A stretch of DNA of 60,866 nucleotides, taken from positions 1 through 60,866 of the forward strand of contig JBMDXS010000224.1 in NCBI GenBank assembly GCA_048595045.1, written 5' to 3'. The stretch is from Acidimicrobiia bacterium (GTDB lineage Bacteria > Actinomycetota > Acidimicrobiia > Spongiisociales > ZC4RG35). Made by a program: the position numbers and the translations under genes. A model generated the notes under the pieces. The model searched no databases and was not told the DNA's origin. It saw nothing but the letters and a program-made list of their open reading frames with translations. Numbering within the stretch: position 1 is the stretch's first letter; every line of letters starts with the position of its first letter. Of this stretch, positions 39,028-47,144 are shown in pieces.

Positions 39028-40659
39028 ATGGTTCAGCTGATGAGACGACGCAGAGCTGAGGGGACAGACGCGGCCCCGGTCGAGGAGACCGCGCCGGAGT
39101 CGAAGACGAGGCTCATCGACGCCATCCCGATCCCGATGGGGGATCCCCTCGAGACACTGCTCCTGTCCTCCGGAGGCCCGGTGGTCCTGCGGGATCTCGA
39201 ATTCGAGTCGGCCACCCTCGACGGTTTACGCGAGTCCGGTGTGGAGCTGGTCGTGCCGCTGATCGGCCAGGGCGAGCTTCTTGGCGCGTTGTATCTCGGC
39301 CCCCGCCTCTCCGACCAGCCCTATTCGACAGATGATCGGCGTCTGTTGGGGAGCCTTGCCTCTCAGGTGGCGCCGGCCATGAAGGTGGCCCAATTGGTCA
39401 GAGAGCAACAGGCGGAGGCCAAGGAGCGGGAGCGCATCCAGCAGGAGCTCCAGGTCGCCGCACTGATCCAGCAGACCTTGCTGCCAAAGGAGTTGCCCGC
39501 CATCACCGGATGGCAGGTCGATGCGTTCTACCGACCGGCACGCGCCGTCGGAGGCGACTTCTACGACTTCATCGACCTCGAAGACGGGCGGCTCGGCGTC
39601 GTCATAGGCGATGTCACGGACAAGGGTGTGCCCGCGGCACTCGTGATGGCTACCTGCCGGTCGATGCTCCGGGCGGCGGCGCAACGTCATTCCTCGCCTT
39701 CGGCGGTTCTGGCCGAGGTGAACGACTCCCTTGTTCCGGAGATCCCCCCGGCCATGTTCGTCACCTGCCTCTACGCCATCATCGATACCGGGGCCGGCGA
39801 GATCGTCTTCGCCAACGCCGGACACAACCTGCCATATGTGCGTAGCAACGGCGGGGTGATCGAGCTGAGGGCGACGGGGATGCCGCTCGGGCTCATGCCG
39901 GGGATGAGTTATGAGGAGACGAGTTACGGGATGGGTGCCGGCGAGGTCATGGTCCTGACCAGCGACGGGATCACCGAGGCCCACAGCCCCGAGGGCGAGA
40001 TGTACGGATTTGCCCGGCTCATGGGACGGGTCGGCAAGAAGACCTCCGAGGACGACATGCTCAACGAGGTGGTCAACGACCTGGAGAAGTTCACCGGCCC
40101 GGATGCAGAGCAGGAAGACGACATCACTCTCGTGGTCGTCAAACGGACCTACTCCGCCGAGGATGCGGCCTCGACGTTCCTCCCTCTGGAAGGGGGCGTA
40201 GCGCCGCAGGATGGGGGGGAATCCGAAAGCCCGCAGGTCCTGGCGAGATTCAGTGTTCCCAGCGAAGAAGGCAACGAACGGATCGCCATAGCCAAGGTGA
40301 CCGCCGCCATCGCCTCACTGGCGCTTCAGCCCGACCGTCTCGAGCGCCTCAAGACCGCGGTTGGGGAGACGGTGATGAACGCAATAGAGCACGGCAACGA
40401 GTTCCGTGCCGATCTTGATGTAGAGGTCGAAGTCTGCGCCAACGACGACACCGTGAGTGTTCTCGTCACCGATCAAGGCGGTGACAAGGTGATCCCCGAG
40501 GCGGCGGTCCCCGACATCGAAGCCAAGCTGGCCGGTGAGCAGACCCCGCGTGGTTGGGGCCTGTTCCTCATCGAGCGAATGGTCGACGAGGTCAAGTCGA
40601 CGAGCAACGGCGGGGCACACACCGTCGAGCTCGTCATGAACCGGGAAGGAGCCCTCTGA
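39028..40659 (+). CDS. PP2C/SpoIIE-family protein phosphatase fused to an RsbW/SpoIIAB-type HATPase (anti-sigma-like Ser kinase) domain
   Basis: PP2C motifs AVGGDFYDF, GDVTDKGVPAALVMA, LTSDGITEA, DDITLVVVK. C-terminal HATPase with N-box ETVMNAIEHGN and G-box GWGLFLIERMVDEV. The N-terminal ~130 aa carries only a GAF-tail-like stretch (VVPLIGQGELLGALYLGPRLSDQPYSTDDRRLLGSLASQVA). Confidence 0.85.
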   Translation: MVQLMRRRRAEGTDAAPVEETAPESKTRLIDAIPIPMGDPLETLLLSSGGPVVLRDLEFESATLDGLRESGVELVVPLIGQGELLGALYLGPRLSDQPYSTDDRRLLGSLASQVAPAMKVAQLVREQQAEAKERERIQQELQVAALIQQTLLPKELPAITGWQVDAFYRPARAVGGDFYDFIDLEDGRLGVVIGDVTDKGVPAALVMATCRSMLRAAAQRHSSPSAVLAEVNDSLVPEIPPAMFVTCLYAIIDTGAGEIVFANAGHNLPYVRSNGGVIELRATGMPLGLMPGMSYEETSYGMGAGEVMVLTSDGITEAHSPEGEMYGFARLMGRVGKKTSEDDMLNEVVNDLEKFTGPDAEQEDDITLVVVKRTYSAEDAASTFLPLEGGVAPQDGGESESPQVLARFSVPSEEGNERIAIAKVTAAIASLALQPDRLERLKTAVGETVMNAIEHGNEFRADLDVEVEVCANDDTVSVLVTDQGGDKVIPEAAVPDIEAKLAGEQTPRGWGLFLIERMVDEVKSTSNGGAHTVELVMNREGAL

Positions 40660-41000
40660 TGGAGAGCGTTTTCGAGGCGACGGTGTCCAGGACCGGGGAC
40701 GGTTCGGTCGTGGTCATGAGTGGGACCGTCAACCGGGCGGCGAAGGAAGCCCTGGAGAGCGCGTACGAGGAAGCCGCATCCGGGCCGGGGAGGATCCTGA
40801 TGGACTTCCGGGATGTCGACTACATCAACTCGACGGGGATAGCGGTCATCGTCGGGGTGCTGGCGATCGCCCGGGCCGAGCAACGCGAGGTCGCGGCATT
40901 CGGGCTGACCGATCATTACCGGGAGGTGTTCACCATCACCCGGTTGTCCGATTTCATGACCATCTACGACAACGAGACGGCTGCAGCCGCGGCCGGGTGA
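40659..41000 (+). CDS. STAS-domain anti-sigma-factor-antagonist-like protein 1
   Basis: ATG 40659 overlaps the upstream TGA (TGATG). VVVMSGTVNRAAKEALE...ILMDFRDVDYINSTGIAVIVG...FGLTDHYREVFTITRL keeps the conserved phosphorylatable Ser/Thr position. Confidence 0.8.
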   Translation: MESVFEATVSRTGDGSVVVMSGTVNRAAKEALESAYEEAASGPGRILMDFRDVDYINSTGIAVIVGVLAIARAEQREVAAFGLTDHYREVFTITRLSDFMTIYDNETAAAAAG

Positions 41001-41011
41001 GGAGAGGACCC

Positions 41012-41362
41012 ATGCCAACAGCCAACACGACCATGAACGTTCGGGAGGTGGCCCCCCGGGTTCGAGTGATCGACATCTCTGGAGAGATCACCGCCTTCTC
41101 CGAGAAGGAGATCTCGACCGCCCACGAAGCGGCGGCGGAGGGCGGGGTCGACGCCGTGGTGCTCAACTTCGAAGGGCTCGAGTACATGAACAGCGGTGGG
41201 ATCGGGTTGCTGGTCACCACTTTGATCAGAGCCCAGCGAAGCGGTCATCGCCTGATGGCCTACGGACTGACCGACCACTACAGCCAGATCTTCTCGCTGA
41301 CACGTCTGGATGAGGCGATCGAGATCTTCGACGACGAGGCCGCCGCGCTGTCCGCGGTATGA
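41012..41362 (+). CDS. STAS-domain anti-sigma-factor-antagonist-like protein 2
   Basis: GGAGAGG SD 5 nt before ATG 41012 (GTG 40997 is an alternative). VIDISGEITAFSEKEI...VVLNFEGLEYMNSGGIGLLVT...YGLTDHYSQIFSLTRL. Confidence 0.8.
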   Translation: MPTANTTMNVREVAPRVRVIDISGEITAFSEKEISTAHEAAAEGGVDAVVLNFEGLEYMNSGGIGLLVTTLIRAQRSGHRLMAYGLTDHYSQIFSLTRLDEAIEIFDDEAAALSAV

Positions 41363-41432
41363 ACCGGGCGCCGAAATTGGGAGCCTGAGCGTCGAAGACC
41401 GTCGCTCTCGATCCCAATTTCGCAAGAGAAAG

Positions 41433-41459
41433 GCCGGGCCGGCGGGGCCCGGCCTTTTC
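41433..41459. terminator. Bidirectional rho-independent terminator
   Basis: GGCCGGGCC-GGCGG-GGCCCGGCC followed by TTTT and preceded by AAA. Lies between the convergent STAS2 (+) and CrtI-like (-) genes. Confidence 0.65.
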
Positions 41460-41472
41460 GCGGGCCGGGGTG

Positions 41473-42867
41473 TCAGCCCTTCAGGGCGGCCCGGGCCGCG
41501 TAATAGCCGCACATCCCGTGGACACCGGCCCCCGGCGGGGTCGCCGAGGAGCAGAGGAAGAGGCCGTCGCCGATGCGGTAGGGCGCGGTGGACCCGAGCT
41601 GGAACACCTTCTTGACCCCGAACCCGCCACCGGCGATGTCACCCTTGATGTAGTTGGGGTTGTGGGCCTCGAACTGGCCGGCGTTCATCGTGTGACGCTC
41701 CAGGATGAGGTCTCTGAATCCGGGTGCGAACCGCTCGACCTGTCGCTCTATGACTTCGGTCATGTCGACAGCCGACCCCGAAGGAACGTGGCAGTAGCCC
41801 CAGGCAGTGTGCTTGCCTTCCGGTGCCCGGGTCGGATCGAAGCGGCTCTGCTGGGCGAGGAGGACGAACGGTCGGTCCGGGTGGTTTCCCGAATGCACTT
41901 GATCCTCGGCTGCTAACACCTCCTCCCACGTCCCTCCGACATGGACAGTTCCCGCCCTGGTACTCCACTCGTCGGCCCATGGGATGGGGCCGTCGAGCGC
42001 CCAATCGACCTTGAACACGGCCGGCCCCGTCTTCCAAGCGGTCAGTCGACGTCGCTCCCATGGGCTGACGCGAGCACCACCAATCCGGATCGCGGCACGT
42101 GGCATGACGTCGAGGATCGTCACAGGAGCTGCGGGCAGCTGGTCGATCGATCCGACCATGTGCCCGGTCTCGATCGTGCCACCATGGTCGACGATCACCT
42201 TTGCCAGGGCCTCGGCTATCCGTTGGGACCCACCCTTGACCATGGGCCATCCATAGGCGTGAGCCGACACACCGAACAGCAATGCCACTCCTCCGGTCAG
42301 AGGTGAGCTGAATGGGGCAATGGCGTGGGCGGCGAGCCCGGCGAGGACACCGCGCGCCTCGGTCGATGTGAACCCGGAGGCGATGATCGAGGCCGGCAGG
42401 GCGCCGCGGCTCGCCAGCTTCACGAAGCTCCCCGGGTTGTCCGGTACGAGGGTCATCGGGCCGAGGAAGTCTTCCATCACGGCATCGGCCGCTTCGACCA
42501 GCGGACCGAGGATGCGCCGATAGTGGCGGGCATCCTCCCCGAAGCGGCGGGCCGTCGCCTCGACGTCTCGCTCGACGACCCCGACCCGGCCCCCGCCGAG
42601 GGGATGGGCCAGGGGGACGTCGGGATGGACCCACTCGACCTCGAGACCGAGGTCTCGGAAGAACGGCGAGCCGACCCCGAGCGGGTGGATCGCCGAGCAG
42701 ACGTCGTGGGCGAAGCCGGGAAGGGTGAGCTGCTCGGTTCTCGTGCCACCGCCGATCTCTCCGGCTTGCTCGACGACCAGGACCCTTCGCCCGCGTCGTG
42801 ACAGCTCCGCCGCGGCAGAGAGCCCATTGGGGCCGGCTCCGACAACTACCGCGTCGTACTCGGACAT
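41473..42867 (-). CDS. NAD(P)/FAD-dependent oxidoreductase, phytoene-desaturase (CrtI)-like family (second copy)
   Basis: YDAVVVGAGPNGLSAAAELSRRGRRVLVVEQAGEIGGG. 464 aa. C-terminal LFLCSSATPPGAGVHGMCGYYAA. Confidence 0.8.
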   Translation of the reverse strand: MSEYDAVVVGAGPNGLSAAAELSRRGRRVLVVEQAGEIGGGTRTEQLTLPGFAHDVCSAIHPLGVGSPFFRDLGLEVEWVHPDVPLAHPLGGGRVGVVERDVEATARRFGEDARHYRRILGPLVEAADAVMEDFLGPMTLVPDNPGSFVKLASRGALPASIIASGFTSTEARGVLAGLAAHAIAPFSSPLTGGVALLFGVSAHAYGWPMVKGGSQRIAEALAKVIVDHGGTIETGHMVGSIDQLPAAPVTILDVMPRAAIRIGGARVSPWERRRLTAWKTGPAVFKVDWALDGPIPWADEWSTRAGTVHVGGTWEEVLAAEDQVHSGNHPDRPFVLLAQQSRFDPTRAPEGKHTAWGYCHVPSGSAVDMTEVIERQVERFAPGFRDLILERHTMNAGQFEAHNPNYIKGDIAGGGFGVKKVFQLGSTAPYRIGDGLFLCSSATPPGAGVHGMCGYYAARAALKG

Positions 42868-42916
42868 TCACCCACGATTGTGCCCCACTCCCGTTACGAC
42901 ATGGTCACCGACCCGG

Positions 42917-43678
42917 ATGATGGGAACCCGGGGATCTCGTAACGGTGGCGGAACGCGGGCATGGTTCATTGACGGGATCGGAGAAAGGAACGAGTTGACC
43001 GAGCCAAGGGATTCGGAGAGCTGGGCGCAGCCGGTCGACGCCTTCCACGTGGGGGAGGTCGCCGAGGGAGCACGCAAGGGAAACGTCGAGGGGCGAAAGC
43101 CGACCGGGCCGCTCCAGGGCTTCGGCCAGTTGTGGCAGAAGAGCTATGAGGTGCGGGTCCCCGGGCCCACACCCGAGGAGCTGATCGCCAGCTGGAAGGC
43201 CAAGTTCGGCGACTTCTGGCCCGACTACAACAAGTTCTATGCCCCAGCCGGCGGCATTTCGCCCGGTGAGGTGGCCGTGATCGGGGGTGGCAAGGGCCCG
43301 GCCAAGGTGACGACGGGTGTCAGGGTGATCTATGCCGACGAGCGCTCGTGGTCATACATGACCCCGGAGGGCCATCCCTGGGCGGCGATCATCACCTTCA
43401 GCGCCCACGACGGGGACGATGGGGCCACCGTGGCCAGGATCCATCTCTTGGTTCGCGCCAACGATCCCCTCTACGAGGTGAGCTTCAAGCTGTTCACTTC
43501 ACGAATGGAGGACAGGATCTGGAACCACACCTTGATCCAGGTGGCCTCCCATTACGGCGTCGAGGAACCGGTGGTCGAGACGACGGTCCTCCTCGTGGAC
43601 AAGAAACGACAGTGGGGTCAGTTCTCCAACATCTACAAGAACTCCGCCGTTCGGACCATGCTGCGACGGGATCGTTAG
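42917..43678 (+). CDS. Hypothetical protein (tentatively DUF1990-like)
   Basis: Coding-looking ORF. ERSWSYMTPEGHPWAAIITFSAHDGDDG loosely resembles the F.YGTL.GHP... core I recall for DUF1990. Start at ATG 42917, just beyond the divergent gene start at 42867. Confidence 0.5.
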   Translation: MMGTRGSRNGGGTRAWFIDGIGERNELTEPRDSESWAQPVDAFHVGEVAEGARKGNVEGRKPTGPLQGFGQLWQKSYEVRVPGPTPEELIASWKAKFGDFWPDYNKFYAPAGGISPGEVAVIGGGKGPAKVTTGVRVIYADERSWSYMTPEGHPWAAIITFSAHDGDDGATVARIHLLVRANDPLYEVSFKLFTSRMEDRIWNHTLIQVASHYGVEEPVVETTVLLVDKKRQWGQFSNIYKNSAVRTMLRRDR

Positions 43679-43724
43679 CCACCCCGTGACGACGGTCTTC
43701 GGCCTCCGTAGTCATGACACACGA

Positions 43725-43752
43725 ATCGGGCCCCCGTTGCCGGGGGCCCGAT
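43725..43752. terminator. Bidirectional terminator hairpin
   Basis: ATCGGGCCCCCG-TTGC-CGGGGGCCCGAT, a perfect 12-bp stem between convergent genes. Confidence 0.6.
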
Positions 43753-43776
43753 CCACCATCCGCGAGGCGTTGGTTC

Positions 43777-44316
43777 CTACAGAAGGACGGCCCTCTTGCG
43801 GATGTACAGGAACACGAAGCCGGTGAACATCAGTGTCAACCCGATCACGACCGCGAAAGCGGACAGTGCGTAGGAGACGATTCCCAGCCCAAGAGTGGTG
43901 GTCAGGGTCGTGGCGGGGATCCAGGATGCCCTGGCCTCGTTGGGCCCCATGACCTGCTCGCCGTTCTCGTCGAGGACGGCGGCGCCGTTCTCGTCCAGCA
44001 CGGGCACTTCCCGTGGCATCTGCGCGTAATACAGGCCCTCGGTGTTATCCAGCTGGTGGTGGGTGATGATGTCGGCCTGGGCCCACATCGTGAACGGGCC
44101 TCTCACCGGTGTCTCCGGGATGACGGCGTCATCGGGTGTGGTCACGTCCTGAGCAACGGCCTGATCCCACGTGTACCAGGCACCGAAGATGCCCCCGGCG
44201 AATGAGCCAAGTCCGACGGCCAGCGACAGGATGGCGGCGGTGAGCAGGACAAAAGGCTTGCGGGGAGGGCTGATCTCTTCGGTAGCGACCAGCTTCTCCC
44301 GATCGATAGCAGTCAT
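43777..44316 (-). CDS. Hypothetical bitopic membrane protein (N- and C-terminal TM, extracytoplasmic middle)
   Basis: 179 aa. TM FVLLTAAILSLAVGLGSFAGGIFGAWY and TM LGLGIVSYALSAFAVVIGLTLMFTGFVFLY. No family recognised. Confidence 0.6.
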   Translation of the reverse strand: MTAIDREKLVATEEISPPRKPFVLLTAAILSLAVGLGSFAGGIFGAWYTWDQAVAQDVTTPDDAVIPETPVRGPFTMWAQADIITHHQLDNTEGLYYAQMPREVPVLDENGAAVLDENGEQVMGPNEARASWIPATTLTTTLGLGIVSYALSAFAVVIGLTLMFTGFVFLYIRKRAVLL

Positions 44317-44438
44317 TAGGTGCCTCCTTCTTGTAGGACCAACTGCCTTATCTGCTCATCCTCGGCGCTTGTGAAAGACTGCACGAGAGTCTTAGGTCCC
44401 GAAGACCAGGGACCGAAAGTCCTGCTACAAACGCCGGC

Positions 44439-45212
44439 ATGCGACTCGCCGGGCATGTGGTGGTGGTAACCGGTGCCTCCGGGATCGCGGCCGCCGGGGC
44501 TCGGCGGTTCGCCTCCGAAGGTGCATCGGTGTTCATCATCTCGATCGACGAGGATCAATGTCGTGACCTGGCGGCCGAACTCGGGCACGCCGGCCCGGTC
44601 GGTTGGTCGGTGGCCGATCTCACCGACGAAGCGTCCACGGTCTCCGCGTTTGCCGCATGCGCCGATCGTTTCGGAGGCGTGACCGGTCTCTTCGCCGTGG
44701 TTGGCGCCAGTGGGCGCGGCCATGGTGATGGGCCGCTGGATCAGATTCCGCTCGAGGGCTGGCGTCACACCATGGACATCAACACCGTGCCTCCGTTTCT
44801 CGCCGCTCGTGAGGCGGTCAAGATGATGAAGCGGCCTGGTCGCGGAGGATCGGTGGTCCTGATCGGCAGCATCTCCGCCATGCATCCATCGCAGTTCTTC
44901 GTGACCCACGCCTACGCGGCGGCCAAGGGAGCGGCGATCTCTCTGACCAGGTCACTGGCCTCCCACTACGCATCCGACCGGATCAGGGTCAACCTGATCG
45001 CACCGGGGCTGGTAGAGACGCCCATGTCCACCCGTGCTTCCTCGGACCCGGCCACAGTCTCCTACGCCCGCGAGAAGCAGCCCCTGGCCGGCGGTTTCCT
45101 CGATGCAGCGGACATCGCTGCAGCAGCCGTCTTCTTGCTCTCCGACGAGTCGAGGCAGATCACCGGGCAGGTGCTGGAGGTCGACGGCGGATGGGGTGTC
45201 ACCGAGGTATGA
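44439..45212 (+). CDS. Short-chain dehydrogenase/reductase
   Basis: VVVVTGASGIAAAGA, YAAAKGA (YxxxK), and PLAGGFLDAADIAAAAVFLLSDESRQITGQVLEVDGG. Confidence 0.85.
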   Translation: MRLAGHVVVVTGASGIAAAGARRFASEGASVFIISIDEDQCRDLAAELGHAGPVGWSVADLTDEASTVSAFAACADRFGGVTGLFAVVGASGRGHGDGPLDQIPLEGWRHTMDINTVPPFLAAREAVKMMKRPGRGGSVVLIGSISAMHPSQFFVTHAYAAAKGAAISLTRSLASHYASDRIRVNLIAPGLVETPMSTRASSDPATVSYAREKQPLAGGFLDAADIAAAAVFLLSDESRQITGQVLEVDGGWGVTEV

Positions 45213-45213
45213 G

Positions 45214-45828
45214 GTGAAACGAGTGGTACTGCCCGGTCGGATACGTGAGCGGCGAGTGATCGCGGTTGGCCGCGGCGTGAGGCCGGACAACGCACCAGGA
45301 CTGGCCCGAGCGCTGTTGGAAGGAGGGATCGGAGTGCTCGAGGTCACGGTCGAGGAAGAAGGAGGGATCGCGGCATTGGCAAGCCTCGACGATTCAGCGA
45401 TGCTCTTGGGAGCCGGCACGGTCACCAGCATCGGGCAGGCGGCGGCGGCGGTGGACGCAGGCGCAGCCTTTCTGGTTTCCCCGCACTACGACCCCTCGTT
45501 GACTGCTTGGGCGGCGAGCCGGGGAGTGCCGTTCATCCCGGGTGGCCTCACGCCCACCGAGATACATGCCGCTTGGGCGTCGGGAGCCCCAGCCGTGAAA
45601 GTGTTCCCGGCCTCGATCGGAGGGCCGGAAGGCCTGGCTGCGATCAAAGGGCCATTCCCCGATATCGATCTGATCGCCACTGGTGGCATCAGGGCCCGGA
45701 ACGCGAGGGCCTATCTGGATGCTGGCGCGTTAGGTGTCGGAGTGGGTGGGTGGCTGACCGAGCATTCGGATCTGGACGTGGTGATCGAGCGCGCCGGCGC
45801 ACTCGTCGCTGCGGTCAAATCTGTCTAG
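45214..45828 (+). CDS. KDPG/KHG (Eda-type) aldolase-like protein
   Basis: GTG 45214 lies 1 nt after the SDR stop. LLEGGIGVLEVTV..., FLVSPHYD, IPGGLTPTEI, and the Schiff-base Lys context APAVKVFPAS. Confidence 0.7.
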   Translation: MKRVVLPGRIRERRVIAVGRGVRPDNAPGLARALLEGGIGVLEVTVEEEGGIAALASLDDSAMLLGAGTVTSIGQAAAAVDAGAAFLVSPHYDPSLTAWAASRGVPFIPGGLTPTEIHAAWASGAPAVKVFPASIGGPEGLAAIKGPFPDIDLIATGGIRARNARAYLDAGALGVGVGGWLTEHSDLDVVIERAGALVAAVKSV

Positions 45829-45889
45829 ATGCCCGGCCCAGGGGCGGCTTGCGTACGTCGACTTCGTCACGGTCCACCGTTCCGGAGGG

Positions 45890-46294
45890 CTACTTCCAGG
45901 GCTTCGGAAAGACCAGCAGGGTCCAACCGGCGATACCCACGATGAGAACGAGTCGCAAGATCAGAGGCCAGGAGGTCTGCCAGATCCACATGCCCAGCAT
46001 CACGGGGAGGAAGAGAAGCCAAATTGCCCCTTCCAGAAGCCACGGCAGGTCGCGAATCCAGGTCCACACGGCATCGATGCTCCCTTGGCTCCAAACAAGT
46101 GCTGCCCCGAAGCCGAGCCATATCAGTGCAAACAGAACGAACAGAATTCCACTGTTGACCAGGAATCCAATGCCGGTGCCCAGACCGTTCGCCAGTCGGT
46201 CGATCAGCGTCACGGCATTGCCTCCTCCGTCGTTTTGCTCACCGTCTGCAGGCCACGAACCGGGGCCCGGAACCGACGCTTCATCTCCTGCCAT
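45890..46294 (-). CDS. Hypothetical membrane protein (Trp-rich, about four spans)
   Basis: 134-aa ORF with spans GIGFLVNSGILFVLFALIWLGFGAALVW, AIWLLFLPVMLGMWIW, LILRLVLIVGIAGWTLLVF. Confidence 0.5.
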   Translation of the reverse strand: MAGDEASVPGPGSWPADGEQNDGGGNAVTLIDRLANGLGTGIGFLVNSGILFVLFALIWLGFGAALVWSQGSIDAVWTWIRDLPWLLEGAIWLLFLPVMLGMWIWQTSWPLILRLVLIVGIAGWTLLVFPKPWK

Positions 46295-46439
46295 AAGGCA
46301 GAGTCGACCGCTTCGAGTCTCTCTTTCCTAGGGTCGAATGACCCATGGGCGAAAATCCGTCGTGGTGACCAGCCCACCCGCGCTCTCAATGCCGCGGCCG
46401 GACTTGTCTAGAGCACGCACGGCCGACGACACTCCCCGG

Positions 46440-47144
46440 ATGCTGCCCACCGGTCTCACAGTCGACGACGTCAGCTACGAGAAGCTGGCGGGGTCAATCG
46501 ACCATTCCTTGTTGAAACCCCAGCTCACCCTCACCGAAATCGTGGAGGGCTGCGCCCTGGCCGCTCGATACCAGGTGGTGTCTGTGTGCGTTCGGCCGGC
46601 CGATGTGGCACTGGCGGCCAAGGAACTGGACGAGACGGGGGTCTCGGTCGGCACCGTCGTGAGTTTCCCTCATGGCGACAGCGCCACGGCCACCAAGGTC
46701 CACGAGGCAACCGGCGCCATGGAAGACGGGGCGGTCGAGCTGGACATGGTGATGAACATCGGTTGGCTCCTGTCCGGGGAGCATCAGGCAGTGCAGGACG
46801 ACATCGCTGCGGTGGTCGGCACGGCCGGCGGAAGCGCCATCGTCAAGGTGATCCTGGAGAACGCCTATCTCACGGACGAGCAGAAGATCGTCGCTTGTCG
46901 ACTGGCCGAGGCTGCAGGCGCAGACTACGTCAAGACATCGACCGGGTTCGCCCCGACCGGGGCAACGGTCGAAGACATTCGGCTCATGCGCTCCAGCGTC
47001 GGACCGATGGTGAAGGTCAAGGCCGCACACGGCGTGCGGACCCTCGACGCACTGCTGGCGGTGATCGAGGCGGGCGCAGACAGATGTGGCGCCACTGCCA
47101 CGGCCACGATCCTCGACGACTATCGGTCCCGCGTCAGCGGCTGA
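46440..47144 (+). CDS. deoC: Deoxyribose-phosphate aldolase
   Basis: IDHSLLKPQLT, VCVRP, KVILE, and catalytic Lys in DYVKTSTGF. Start chosen at ATG 46440 (family-typical length); upstream ATGs at 46338 and 46389 are possible. Confidence 0.8.
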   Translation: MLPTGLTVDDVSYEKLAGSIDHSLLKPQLTLTEIVEGCALAARYQVVSVCVRPADVALAAKELDETGVSVGTVVSFPHGDSATATKVHEATGAMEDGAVELDMVMNIGWLLSGEHQAVQDDIAAVVGTAGGSAIVKVILENAYLTDEQKIVACRLAEAAGADYVKTSTGFAPTGATVEDIRLMRSSVGPMVKVKAAHGVRTLDALLAVIEAGADRCGATATATILDDYRSRVSG

